A DNA stretch of 64,000 bases from Opitutales bacterium (GCA_021772535.1 JAJFLV010000114.1:22-64021), one strand, 5' to 3'; positions 35,007-44,583 are shown, numbered from the stretch's first letter. Program-made: numbers and translations. The notes: generated by a model from the letters alone, not told the origin.

Positions 35007-36620
35007 TTACATTCCAGTGCGCATTTCCATAGGCTGGGCAACCAGCCAAACGCTGAAAGCCGAATAAAGGATCATTGTGATCAATAGAGGAATAAGGCTT
35101 TTGAATATATGCCTGGAATTTTTAAACAATACCCGGGCCACACGGTCGGCTATAAGCACCCCGTAAAGGTGTCCGATGAGAATGAATGCCAGTTGCAAAT
35201 ACCAGATCGTCTGCATGGAGAGCAATGGCCCGTAACTCTTGCTTGCGGTCCCAAAAAGATTCCACCCGTATCCGAACGGGTCGCTTAAAATCGGTAGCAA
35301 GTTTTGGGCTTCCCGGAAGAAATGCATGGAATTGTGGGCCAGGTGGTAAAACAAGGCGATCGGGATGAGAGAATAGGTAAAGGCTTTGAAAATGTCGCTT
35401 GTCGAAACACCGGCCTCCAAGGTTAATCCACGGGCCGCCTTGGCCCCGGCCCAGAAGATGAGAAGTGGCAGCAGAAGCATGAGTGCCATCAGAAAAGTGA
35501 AACATATGGTCGGCCCGAGCCCGGTTTCCACGCGAAGGAGATCGTTTAGGTGTCTCCACACAGGAGTCATTGTGACACCGTGAAAACTGGTCAAGGCCAA
35601 CAGGACCACAGCCAGGATGGACTCATCCCACTGGAATTTTACTTTGTCAAAAAGGTCGGCTGCCAGGGGACGCAGGTTAATCCCGATATTCTCATGTGGG
35701 CAGGAACGCACGCACTCCGTGCAGAGGGTGCAGTAAGTGTTTTCCTGCAATTTACTGGGGAATAGAAAAGTCGGGCAGCCGGTGTGTTCTTCATTGCCCT
35801 TATAGCAGTCCTTGGTCGTGCAACTGGAGCAAATCTGGGCGGAGCGAGCGCGAAGCTCAATGGGACTAAACAAAGCGTATAGACCGCTTATCCGGCCCAC
35901 CAGACACCCGTATCGGCAAAAGGCCCGCCTCTCGAAATAAATCGCTGAAAAGACCGCCATCCCCAGCATGACGAGCCCCAATGTGGCCGTGGCAGGACCA
36001 GAGCGAGTGACGTCGTGGCCCAGTTCAAACCAGGTCAGGACAATGAAGAAGATAATGGCGGGGAAAATATTCCGCGCCCATTTGGGCCAGCGGTACTCGA
36101 AACCCAGTTTTTTGACTCTCGATTTTAAGGAGAGCGAGGTGACCATTGAGGAGATCGCTTCCCAAGGGCAGATGGTGCAAAAAATCTTACCAAATCCGAG
36201 AACCATGAAAATCAGCAGCACCCACCACCAGGTCCAGGTCAGCACCGGTGCGATATTGCTTCGCTGGTTGCCGAACAAACCGGCGGCCAATACCAACAGG
36301 AACAGAAAGACCGATAGGGATTGGGCCAGGAGAGGGAAATAAGATTTCTGCACCAGCCTCCGTAATGGTTTGAACCGAAAAAGGTCGAAATTGAAAGTTG
36401 CTCGCCCTTCCGAACCGGTTTTTTTCCGCGCCAGCAAAAGGTGGGTGAGCAAAATAATCAAAACTATCCCCGTAATGGCCATCCAGAGCGGTATTCCAGG
36501 CATCACGTGGACCGGCTCCCCGGAGGCCGTCTCCACCATTGGCATCTTCATTGTGGAATGACCTTCCATGCCCGAGTGCGGTGGCATTTCCATCTGGTGG
36601 TGCTCATGCATTTTATCCAT
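35007..36620 (-). CDS. Polytopic membrane Fe-S protein (extended NapH/MauN-like) with a His/Met-rich N-terminus
   Basis: 537 aa. The N-terminus is MDKMHEHHQMEMPPHSGMEGHSTMKMPM. It has CPWE (FCTICPWEA) and FCRYGCLVGR membrane Cys motifs, two ferredoxin-type clusters (CSSCTTKDC...CP and CTLCTECVRSCP) and additional C-terminal transmembrane helices. Confidence 0.6.
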   Translation of the reverse strand: MDKMHEHHQMEMPPHSGMEGHSTMKMPMVETASGEPVHVMPGIPLWMAITGIVLIILLTHLLLARKKTGSEGRATFNFDLFRFKPLRRLVQKSYFPLLAQSLSVFLFLLVLAAGLFGNQRSNIAPVLTWTWWWVLLIFMVLGFGKIFCTICPWEAISSMVTSLSLKSRVKKLGFEYRWPKWARNIFPAIIFFIVLTWFELGHDVTRSGPATATLGLVMLGMAVFSAIYFERRAFCRYGCLVGRISGLYALFSPIELRARSAQICSSCTTKDCYKGNEEHTGCPTFLFPSKLQENTYCTLCTECVRSCPHENIGINLRPLAADLFDKVKFQWDESILAVVLLALTSFHGVTMTPVWRHLNDLLRVETGLGPTICFTFLMALMLLLPLLIFWAGAKAARGLTLEAGVSTSDIFKAFTYSLIPIALFYHLAHNSMHFFREAQNLLPILSDPFGYGWNLFGTASKSYGPLLSMQTIWYLQLAFILIGHLYGVLIADRVARVLFKNSRHIFKSLIPLLITMILYSAFSVWLVAQPMEMRTGM

Positions 36621-37236
36621 GGGTGGCCTCCTCTTTTTTTTGCTGCCGGGCAGTCGATTGAATGCGCCGATCCATGGCGATCCTCTTTTTTCTGGCCCCC
36701 ACGGCGGCGATGCTGAGGAGAATGATTAAAGCCAGGCCTACCCATTTGCCCCAATGAATTTTCTGGGAGGATAATTGAAAAGGTATGACCGTGGCCAGGT
36801 CGTCTTTATCGTGCAGGGTAATCCTCAAGGAGTATTTGCCTGTTTCCGGCAGATTTCGGTGAAGCGAGTACAGATTCTCCAATTCCGATGTTTCCTGATA
36901 GTTGGATGCAACTACTTTGCTGCCATCAAGAATTTCCAATGTTGCCGGACCATTATAAACAGTGTTCCCGCGCAGGTTAAATATGACCAGAAAAAGCCGT
37001 ACATTTTCAGGTTGTTCCACATTTTCCTTTTGGATTCCTTGAAAATCATAAACCACCAGAGAAAACTCATAATCGCCCGCCTGCCCCAGGAATTCATCCT
37101 CCGGCACCTGTGGATAATTCTCAAAGTAATTATAGTGCGGCAATCCCTTAAAGTGATGAGCCCAGACAGGTGAGTAGCTGACCCAAATTGCAAGTGTCCA
37201 GAAAAAGACTGCTCTAATATACTTTCTCGAATTCAT
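36613..37236 (-). CDS. Exported protein anchored by a C-terminal transmembrane helix, with a predicted mature N-terminal His-His
   Basis: 207 aa. The signal peptide ends SPVWA, followed by HHFKGLPHY. The body has a beta-rich composition, and the C-terminal helix is WVGLALIILLSIAAVG. Both gene ends overlap the neighbouring genes. Confidence 0.55.
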   Translation of the reverse strand: MNSRKYIRAVFFWTLAIWVSYSPVWAHHFKGLPHYNYFENYPQVPEDEFLGQAGDYEFSLVVYDFQGIQKENVEQPENVRLFLVIFNLRGNTVYNGPATLEILDGSKVVASNYQETSELENLYSLHRNLPETGKYSLRITLHDKDDLATVIPFQLSSQKIHWGKWVGLALIILLSIAAVGARKKRIAMDRRIQSTARQQKKEEATHG

Positions 37237-38159
37237 GATAGAATTTTCTTGGGACGAAGACCAATGCTAAGACAGTTGGTGGGGCAAATAACCAGGCATT
37301 CGCCGCAGAGAGAGCAATCAACGGTCTCATCCATTTTAGGGTTTACCTTCATCGGGCAGACATCGGCGCAGCTCTGGCAGGAGGCAAGGCAAAGTGGCGC
37401 CTCCCTCCGAATTGATATTAAAGATCTGCGACCGATAAAGCCCAGCAACCGGCCGGTGGGGCAGACATAGCGGCAGGTAAACTGACGGCCCAGGCACAGG
37501 TCGAGGATCGAAAAGACGATCAAACTGCCCAGGGAAATCGAAAGGGTGCCGAAGGCAATTCCCTGAAACAGGGTTTGCCCAAGCGCAAAATAGGGGAGCA
37601 CGAGCGACCAGATGCCATGGCCTATCCAGACCGCTGCCACCAATCCGCCAAAAAGAATTCCCCAGGCGAATCCGCCCGGTATCGAAAAATCGGGAAAATA
37701 CAAATACCTCCCCAATACATTGCGAAGCCGGGCGATGGCAAAAAACAAGAGCGATGCCGGGCAGATATAGGAGCAAAAAACTCGCCCGAATACCAGTGCC
37801 ATGCCAATCGGCGCGACCAAACCAAGGGCGAAGCCAAGCTCCCAGTGTCTGCTTTTGGCCAGGACCGAAAGTGCTGCCACCGGGTCGGTAAAGGGCGCCC
37901 CCATTAGGCGAATCGACCACGTCATGCCCCCGCTGCGGCGGGCGGTTTCTGCCGGATCTCCAAACAGGGAGAAAAAAGAGTCCGCCGTTTCATAAAACAC
38001 ACGCATTGCCCGGCCCGAGCTCAACTCCACCAGACGCGGATGGTTGTAAGCCTTTTTCAGGTTCTGGTATTCGGTCAGCATAGCCAGGGCGCATAGAAGC
38101 CCGATGACCGAGAACCGGCTTAATATTGAAAGAATCAGCAATGTTTTTCCCGACTTCAT
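37233..38159 (-). CDS. napH: NapH/MauN-family membrane ferredoxin (copy 2)
   Basis: It contains FCSYICPAS, FTCRYVCPTGRLLG, CQSCADVCP and CSLCGECLVICP. The start was set at 38159, although the ORF is open to 38216. Confidence 0.7.
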   Translation of the reverse strand: MKSGKTLLILSILSRFSVIGLLCALAMLTEYQNLKKAYNHPRLVELSSGRAMRVFYETADSFFSLFGDPAETARRSGGMTWSIRLMGAPFTDPVAALSVLAKSRHWELGFALGLVAPIGMALVFGRVFCSYICPASLLFFAIARLRNVLGRYLYFPDFSIPGGFAWGILFGGLVAAVWIGHGIWSLVLPYFALGQTLFQGIAFGTLSISLGSLIVFSILDLCLGRQFTCRYVCPTGRLLGFIGRRSLISIRREAPLCLASCQSCADVCPMKVNPKMDETVDCSLCGECLVICPTNCLSIGLRPKKILS

Positions 38160-38163
38160 GGGT

Positions 38164-39222
38164 TCAACAGGCAATTTTTGCTTGAGGTTTTTCCATCTCC
38201 GATATTGTTGGTTCAATTTTAACCCGTTTAAACCGTAAATTCAAAGAGAGCGAGCCTGGTTCGCAGGTGGTCAGGCACACGAGGCAATTATCGCATTCCA
38301 GACCGGGATCGGGTTTCATCGGGTTCAGACCCATTGGGCAGACCTTGACGCATTCAACGCAATGAGTGCAGCGGGAGGTCTCATTGCCGATACGGAAAAC
38401 CCGCCGCCAGCCGAGCAAAGCGTAGAGCGCCCCGCCAGGGCAAAAATAGCGGCACCACATTCTCTTGGCCACCGCAACTTCGATCAAAATGATCAAAACG
38501 AAAAACAGCAGCGCCCCCGATAACACGAGGGGACCGATTGCCTCTGTGCTGGGCATCGCCTCATAGAACAACACATCGGCCGCCTGGTGAACCTCACGTC
38601 CCAGGATGGCCGGAGGATAAAAATATCCCAGGAGAGGCAGGCCCGCCATGAAGACGATTACCAATCCTGCCGACAATAAGGTGTATTTATTCAAGGTACT
38701 AAAAGAAATCGAACGAAGAGGGATTCCTATTCTGGGCAGGAAATAGCGCAACCGGTCGGTCATCTCGAAAATCAATCCAGCCGGGCACATCCAGGAACAA
38801 AAGACGCGCCCCAGCAAGATGGTGGCCAACATCGGAACAAGCATCCCTACCAATAATGATTGAGACGCGGTTTTGCTTGCAAAGACGCTTTCCAGTCCGC
38901 CCAGAGGATCAGTTAAGGAAATTCCGAAAATCTTCGCCGACCAGGTATTGCCTTGCAATCTCTCTAATTTTCCAACGATCTTTTCGCGTTCGGTGGCAGA
39001 GTTATAGCTTGGGTTTTTATTCACTCTTCCTCTAATCGAGTCATCGATGGTCAGGTAAATCCGGTTGGAAAGATTGCTTTTACCCTGCTGCCGAAGGTTT
39101 TCGATTTCATTATTGGCCAGAAGGACTCGATATTGGGCCATGAAAGGCGCCATCAAAACCATGAGCAGAACCCCTGCCTGGACTGCCCGCCGCAGCCATT
39201 GAACTGCTTTCGCTTTCTTCAT
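38164..39222 (-). CDS. napH: NapH/MauN-family membrane ferredoxin (copy 1)
   Basis: 352 aa. It contains FCSWMCPAG, WCRYFCPGGALY, CTHCVECVKVCP and CDNCLVCLTTCEP. Confidence 0.7.
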   Translation of the reverse strand: MKKAKAVQWLRRAVQAGVLLMVLMAPFMAQYRVLLANNEIENLRQQGKSNLSNRIYLTIDDSIRGRVNKNPSYNSATEREKIVGKLERLQGNTWSAKIFGISLTDPLGGLESVFASKTASQSLLVGMLVPMLATILLGRVFCSWMCPAGLIFEMTDRLRYFLPRIGIPLRSISFSTLNKYTLLSAGLVIVFMAGLPLLGYFYPPAILGREVHQAADVLFYEAMPSTEAIGPLVLSGALLFFVLIILIEVAVAKRMWCRYFCPGGALYALLGWRRVFRIGNETSRCTHCVECVKVCPMGLNPMKPDPGLECDNCLVCLTTCEPGSLSLNLRFKRVKIEPTISEMEKPQAKIAC

Positions 39223-39836
39223 GTCCAGATCCTACCGGAGAATACCCGGATCGCTTTCACTCCCTTCAATATGCAGGCTGCCTCGCACAAACCGCAGCCC
39301 ACGCAGAAATCATCGTGTACGGTGGGCGCATTATGGAGTCCCAGTGTGATGGCTTTGCCTCGAAACGGGCAGACCGTAAAACAGGCGCCGCAAATCCCTG
39401 TCCGATTGTAAGAAACACAAGTTCGCTCGTCCACCACGGCTGTGCCCATGCGCACATCGCTTTTGACTGTGACGGGTTGTAATGCTTCCGTAGGGCAGGT
39501 TTCCGTACAGGCCAGACAGAGATTGCAGCCCACTTCCCTGGCCTCGATAAAAGGAGTTCCGGTAGGCACGGCATCTTGCGGACCAGCCAGGCGGATTGCT
39601 CCAGTTGGGCATGAGTCCTGGCAGCGTGTGCAGCAGATGCATCGGGCCATAAAATCTTTTTCTGGCAAGGCTCCCGGCGGTCGTACCACGGCAGGTTCCA
39701 ATCCGGCACGGACAAGGGGAGGGGACCGGCGCCGAAGGGACTTGGAAAGAACCGTCAGGCCAACCATGGCGGCCAGACCACCCATGATTATCCGTGAAAA
39801 GACGAGGATAAATTTTTTCCTTCCAAACCTCTTCAT
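39219..39836 (-). CDS. napG: NapG/MauM-like periplasmic four-cluster ferredoxin (copy 2)
   Basis: 205 aa with an N-terminal anchor or signal. Its Cys clusters are CICCTRCQDSCP, CNLCLACTETCP, CGACFTVCP and CVGCGLCEAAC. Confidence 0.7.
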   Translation of the reverse strand: MKRFGRKKFILVFSRIIMGGLAAMVGLTVLSKSLRRRSPPLVRAGLEPAVVRPPGALPEKDFMARCICCTRCQDSCPTGAIRLAGPQDAVPTGTPFIEAREVGCNLCLACTETCPTEALQPVTVKSDVRMGTAVVDERTCVSYNRTGICGACFTVCPFRGKAITLGLHNAPTVHDDFCVGCGLCEAACILKGVKAIRVFSGRIWT

Positions 39837-40468
39837 GAGACCGCCGCTTTCTCCGCTTCAGTTTTGGACAGGTTGTCCTTGGGAACTACTCGTATGGCTT
39901 GTGGCATGTGTACGCAGGCCTGTTCGCAGAGGCCGCAGCCGACGCAATGTTCGGCGTGCACATGGGGTTGCTCGAAGAGCCCCAGAGTCATTGCCTTGCC
40001 GGGCAGGGGGCAGGCGTGGTAGCAGACCCCGCAGGTTCGGCCGGCAAAGGAGTAGCAGATATCCTCCGATACGAAAGCGGTTCCCATGGCGACCGCTTGT
40101 CTGCCTTCAGGGGTTGGTTCCAGTTTATCCAGGGCTCGAGTCGGGCAAACCTGAGTACAGGCCATGCAAAGAATGCAGCCCTTGGCGCGTGCATTGATTT
40201 TCGGTGTGGCCAGGTTTTCCAGACCCCCTTCAAGGCCATAGAGGGTAATGCACTTGTTAGGACAGACGTTGGCGCACTGCCCACACCCAATGCAGTCGCG
40301 CAGGAATTCCTCCTCCGATCTTGCTCCGGGCGGACGGAGAAACTTCTTAAACCGCGAACCTTTCGGCAATAATTCCAGTAATGGGAAAAAGACGGGGATA
40401 ACCGCTCCCATTAAAAATGTTTTTAAAAAATTCTGCCGATTTATTTTCCTTTTTAGCGTATTTATCAA
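39833..40468 (-). CDS. napG: NapG/MauM-like four-cluster ferredoxin (copy 1)
   Basis: 211 aa. Its Cys clusters are CIGCGQCANVCP, CILCMACTQVCP, CGVCYHACP and CVGCGLCEQAC. Confidence 0.7.
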   Translation of the reverse strand: MINTLKRKINRQNFLKTFLMGAVIPVFFPLLELLPKGSRFKKFLRPPGARSEEEFLRDCIGCGQCANVCPNKCITLYGLEGGLENLATPKINARAKGCILCMACTQVCPTRALDKLEPTPEGRQAVAMGTAFVSEDICYSFAGRTCGVCYHACPLPGKAMTLGLFEQPHVHAEHCVGCGLCEQACVHMPQAIRVVPKDNLSKTEAEKAAVS

Positions 40469-40491
40469 TCCATCAGAACCCTGGGGCGCTT

Positions 40492-43110
40492 TTAGATCAG
40501 TTCAACCCGGGCGGCGCATTTTTTGAAATCCGCCTGTCCGGAAACTGGATCAAATGCCCTGTGGGTTGTCCCGTTTGCCAGCCATTTGTTTTTCTTTGGA
40601 TCGGCCGAATCGGCCACAGAAAGATTCCACGGGCTGAATAGAAAGCCCTTCGGCACGGTGTTCCGAGCCGGTTTTACAACGGAGTCGAGCCCGATGGACA
40701 CACGTGCCTCTACATAACCACGCCGTGTCGTTACTTTGACCCATTGGCCATCTTTGACATTCAGTTCAGCCGCATCGTCGGGATGCATCTCTACATACAT
40801 TTCCGGAACCAGCTTCCTGGTGGTGCCTGCCCGGATGGTTTTAGAGGTATGAAAATGCTCGTAAACGACGCCCGTGGCCCACCAGAAGGGATATTTGTCC
40901 TTGGGGCATTCTCCTACTTTTTTACCAAGATGGTCGAAGTGTGGCAGTTCTGGCGTAAGACCGGCATCGCGAGCCTTTATCAGGGTATCGTAATGATCGA
41001 TGACATAATAGTTGGGATCGGTTCCGGCCTTGCTCAACTCGTCCGTAATTTCTCGATAATTGGAGTAATCCTGGTGGCACATGTGGATGTGCAGCTTGCC
41101 GTCGGAGTGCCGGAATTCTGCATAGGGCTTTCCCGGCCAATATTCCTCCTGGCCCATGTAGCGGCGTTTGGTGCCTCCTGCCCGGGCGATTGCCGCCGTG
41201 GGGGCAGGCCACTGAATGCCGCGTAGTTCTCGGATTTGCTCATAGGGAGATTTCCCTGTCTCTTTTTCCACTTCGAGGATGCCGCTCAGATCCGCGTCGG
41301 AGCCTTTGGAGGCTTTGAGGAAGTCTCGAAAAATCTCCTCGGGATCGTAAAATCCGTTTTCTTTCCGTTCGTAAGGAAAGATTTTGTCCATATCGAGTCC
41401 CAGTCGCTGGCCGATCAATTTACCTTTATCAATGACCATATCCATATCGGGGCGGCAGCCTTTGACCGGGTTGGCTGTCCCGTCGCATACATAGAGGCGG
41501 CGTTCGGACTGCACATATATGCCGCCTACCCATTCGCCCCAGGTTGCCGCAGGGAGAATTACATCCGCATAGAGGTTGTTGGGAGCATCGCGGTAAATAT
41601 CCTGAACCACGGTGAACATCCTGGTCATCGCGGGTCTAGATAGATTATAAGCGTCAGGCAAATCGATGTGGGTGGCGTAAATAAGGAACATGGCATTCAC
41701 TTCACCCTTGAGGGCGCGTTCCATCATGCCAACCGCCATGCCGGTATTGGTAAGTTCGGCCACCTGGGCCAGGCGCGCTTCCGGGATTCCCCATTGACTG
41801 GCAACCCATTTGCGATGCTTGGCATTCTTGATCCCCTCATTGAAAGGCAGCCGACCGGTCAACCCCCCCGTCAACCGCTCACCCATGGCATTGGGTTGGC
41901 CGGTTTGGGAATGGGGGCCGCAGCCGGGCCTGCCGATATTTCCAGTCAGAGCCATCAGGTTGACCAGGCTCATGGTATTGTGCTGGCCGTGCAGGTGCTG
42001 GTTGTAACCGATGCCCCAAATCGAGAGTACTCCGCCTGAACCGCGACGGCGCCCTTTGATACTGGCCTCGGCCCACAATTTGGCCACTTCGTAAATTTTT
42101 TCGGGGGCAATCATGGTGCGGTCTACGACATCCTCCGGCTTGTAGCCGCTTTTAACCTCTTCGACATATTTTTCCCAGCCCGTGGTGTAATTTTTCAGGA
42201 AATCCCAAGCCACTGCGTCGGGATATTTTTCCATGATGGCGTAGGCCAGGGCGTTGTGGATGGAGATATCTCCATTGATGGTTGAGAAATGGTGACTGTT
42301 GAAAGAATTGATATCTTCCAGACCTTGCACGGTGCCCGTCCTTCGCGGATCCACCACCAATGTGGGGATATTGGCTTTGGCTTTGTAGTCGGCAACCCGC
42401 CAGAAAAGAATTGGGTGAGCCCCTCTGGGATTGTGGCCCCAAAAGGTTATCATATCCGCCATTTCGACATCGTCGTATGAGGTGGGGGGAGTGTCCGAAC
42501 CGAGGGATTTGATATAACCGGTGACGGCGGAAGTCATGCACATGCGGGCATTGGCCTCGATGGTATTGGAGCCCAGGATCCCTTTCATGAAGATATTTTC
42601 CAGGTATTGACCCTCTAGGGATAACTGGCCGGAACCGTACAACCCGACCGAGTTGCCTCCTGTTTCCAATACAATTTCCGATACCCGGTCAGCGATCAGT
42701 TCTTCCGCTTCTTCCCAACTTGCTTTGCGAAACAGGCTGGGATCGTAAGATCCCTTGGTTTGGGATACCTTGCCTCGCAGCGGATCCGACATATCTTTGC
42801 GGATTAACGGAGTATCCAGCCGGTTGACATAAATGGCCTCGGCCGAAGTGAGACCCTTGATACATTGCAGCCCTTTGTTGGTAGGGTGGTCTTTGTCCGG
42901 AACGATATTGGTGATCCTCCCGTTGCGAGTTTTAATTATGGTTCCGCACCCCACGCCGCAATACGGGCAGGCCGATAGAATATCGGTTTCGGCCTCATTC
43001 TTTTCCAATTCATAAGATTCGTCTCCCGCCGGGATAGCCCAGCCGGTTTTCGTGACACCGGTTAATGCGGCCGTGGCCGCCGAATATTTCATGAAAGAGC
43101 GCCTTTTCAT
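40492..43110 (-). CDS. napA: Tat-exported molybdopterin oxidoreductase, NapA/NasA-family nitrate-reductase-like catalytic subunit
   Basis: 872 aa. It has a twin-Arg signal (MKRRSFMKYSAATAALTG), an N-terminal Fe-S motif (CPYCGVGCG...CIKG), NARMCMTSAV (Cys Mo-ligand region), TGQPNAMGE and a C-terminal FKKCAARVE. The nitrate substrate is inferred, not shown. Confidence 0.7.
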   Translation of the reverse strand: MKRRSFMKYSAATAALTGVTKTGWAIPAGDESYELEKNEAETDILSACPYCGVGCGTIIKTRNGRITNIVPDKDHPTNKGLQCIKGLTSAEAIYVNRLDTPLIRKDMSDPLRGKVSQTKGSYDPSLFRKASWEEAEELIADRVSEIVLETGGNSVGLYGSGQLSLEGQYLENIFMKGILGSNTIEANARMCMTSAVTGYIKSLGSDTPPTSYDDVEMADMITFWGHNPRGAHPILFWRVADYKAKANIPTLVVDPRRTGTVQGLEDINSFNSHHFSTINGDISIHNALAYAIMEKYPDAVAWDFLKNYTTGWEKYVEEVKSGYKPEDVVDRTMIAPEKIYEVAKLWAEASIKGRRRGSGGVLSIWGIGYNQHLHGQHNTMSLVNLMALTGNIGRPGCGPHSQTGQPNAMGERLTGGLTGRLPFNEGIKNAKHRKWVASQWGIPEARLAQVAELTNTGMAVGMMERALKGEVNAMFLIYATHIDLPDAYNLSRPAMTRMFTVVQDIYRDAPNNLYADVILPAATWGEWVGGIYVQSERRLYVCDGTANPVKGCRPDMDMVIDKGKLIGQRLGLDMDKIFPYERKENGFYDPEEIFRDFLKASKGSDADLSGILEVEKETGKSPYEQIRELRGIQWPAPTAAIARAGGTKRRYMGQEEYWPGKPYAEFRHSDGKLHIHMCHQDYSNYREITDELSKAGTDPNYYVIDHYDTLIKARDAGLTPELPHFDHLGKKVGECPKDKYPFWWATGVVYEHFHTSKTIRAGTTRKLVPEMYVEMHPDDAAELNVKDGQWVKVTTRRGYVEARVSIGLDSVVKPARNTVPKGFLFSPWNLSVADSADPKKNKWLANGTTHRAFDPVSGQADFKKCAARVELI

Positions 43111-43134
43111 TGTTTTCTCCTTATTCTTGCGTTA

Positions 43135-44583
43135 TTAATTCAGCAGGCTTCGTAAGTACGTTGTGATATCGTAAACATCCTCATCGGATAAGTTGGCCAC
43201 TCCCTTCGGGCCTATAAAAGGCTTCATAGGGGTTCCCACCCGGCCAAGCTTGAGGGTTTGGTAAATGTAGTCGTCGGAGGCTGCTTTTAAAAAGCCTGGC
43301 AGTCCGATCCCCGGACCCGAAACTCCGGCTGCATAACCTTGCCCCTCCGGGCCGTGGCAGGAGGCGCAAAATATTTCGAACTTTTCTTTCCCAGCCGTTT
43401 TGTCTCCATTAAAAATAGTGTAGGGATCGACGGTGACAAATAAATCGTTGGCCACCGGCAATGCCCTTAGGTAAGCAATGATGTCAGCCAGGATTTTCTC
43501 GCTCAGATCGGGACGCGCGACCATGGCAGTGCCTGGCCTGCCGTTAGTTACTGTCTGGAGAATGAAATCATTGGAGGCGATTGCCAGAAAATCCCGGTTG
43601 CGGATGCTGGGGGCAAAACCGATCTTGCCCTCACCGCCGATTTGATGACAGGCCGCACAGTTGATATTGAAATGTTCTTCGCCTTTCCTGGGATCCCCTG
43701 CTCCTGTAAATGTCGGGGTGGCTCCTTTTTCCACTGTTTGCAGACTTCTCAAATAAGTTATGATGTCCGCCGCGTCTCCATCGGAAAGATTGGCGAGTCC
43801 GCTAGGACCGATAAAAGATTTCATAGGCGTTCCGATGCGGCCGTACTTAAGCGTTTGGTAAATATAGTCATCCGAAGCCACTCCCAGAAAACCGGGCAAT
43901 CCAATGCCGGGCCCGGAACCGCCATCGGAATAACCGTGCCCTTCCTCTCCGTGGCAGGAGGCGCAGTAAATATTGTAGGAGGCTTTCCCAGCTTCAACAT
44001 TGCCGATATGGGACTTGTGAGGATCGACCTGTATGACCACAGGATTGGTTACCGGCAAGGATCTCAGGTAAGCGACAATTCCATTGATTTGGTGATCGGA
44101 AAGGTCGGGTCTCGGGGGCATGGCCGTGCCCGGTCGGCCGCCTGCGATCGTTTTTTTAATAAATTCGTCCGATGCCAGGGCCAGGAAATCCCGGTTGCGG
44201 ATGCTGGGGGCAAACCCAACCTTGCCCTCTGCCCCCAACTGGTGACAGGCGGCGCAATTGGCATTGAAAAGCGATTCGCCTCTGTTGATCCGCTCCACCG
44301 ATGTTTCCGAGGCAGCAGTAGAAACTGATTGGACTGTTGCCTCGACCAGGGTTGTGGCTTCAGTCGGCTGTTCAACAAACTGAGATTCTACCTCCTGTGT
44401 CTCGTTTTTCTGGTAAGAAGGGGAGTCTGCTTCTGCAACTTCGGCTTTTTTAATGTCTGCCGGCTTATTTTTCCCCAGGTGAACCTGTAGACCATAAACC
44501 GCAAGTCCGACAATGCCGAGCAGAAATAGAGCGGCATAGATTCCAACAAAAGATTTGTAAACATTTCCCTTATCAGATCCCAT
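43135..44583 (-). CDS. Membrane-anchored tetraheme c-type cytochrome (tandem diheme duplication)
   Basis: 482 aa. It has an N-terminal transmembrane helix and four CxxCH motifs (CAACH, CASCH, CAACH, CASCH) arranged as two ~190-aa repeats with very similar sequence. Confidence 0.85.
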   Translation of the reverse strand: MGSDKGNVYKSFVGIYAALFLLGIVGLAVYGLQVHLGKNKPADIKKAEVAEADSPSYQKNETQEVESQFVEQPTEATTLVEATVQSVSTAASETSVERINRGESLFNANCAACHQLGAEGKVGFAPSIRNRDFLALASDEFIKKTIAGGRPGTAMPPRPDLSDHQINGIVAYLRSLPVTNPVVIQVDPHKSHIGNVEAGKASYNIYCASCHGEEGHGYSDGGSGPGIGLPGFLGVASDDYIYQTLKYGRIGTPMKSFIGPSGLANLSDGDAADIITYLRSLQTVEKGATPTFTGAGDPRKGEEHFNINCAACHQIGGEGKIGFAPSIRNRDFLAIASNDFILQTVTNGRPGTAMVARPDLSEKILADIIAYLRALPVANDLFVTVDPYTIFNGDKTAGKEKFEIFCASCHGPEGQGYAAGVSGPGIGLPGFLKAASDDYIYQTLKLGRVGTPMKPFIGPKGVANLSDEDVYDITTYLRSLLN

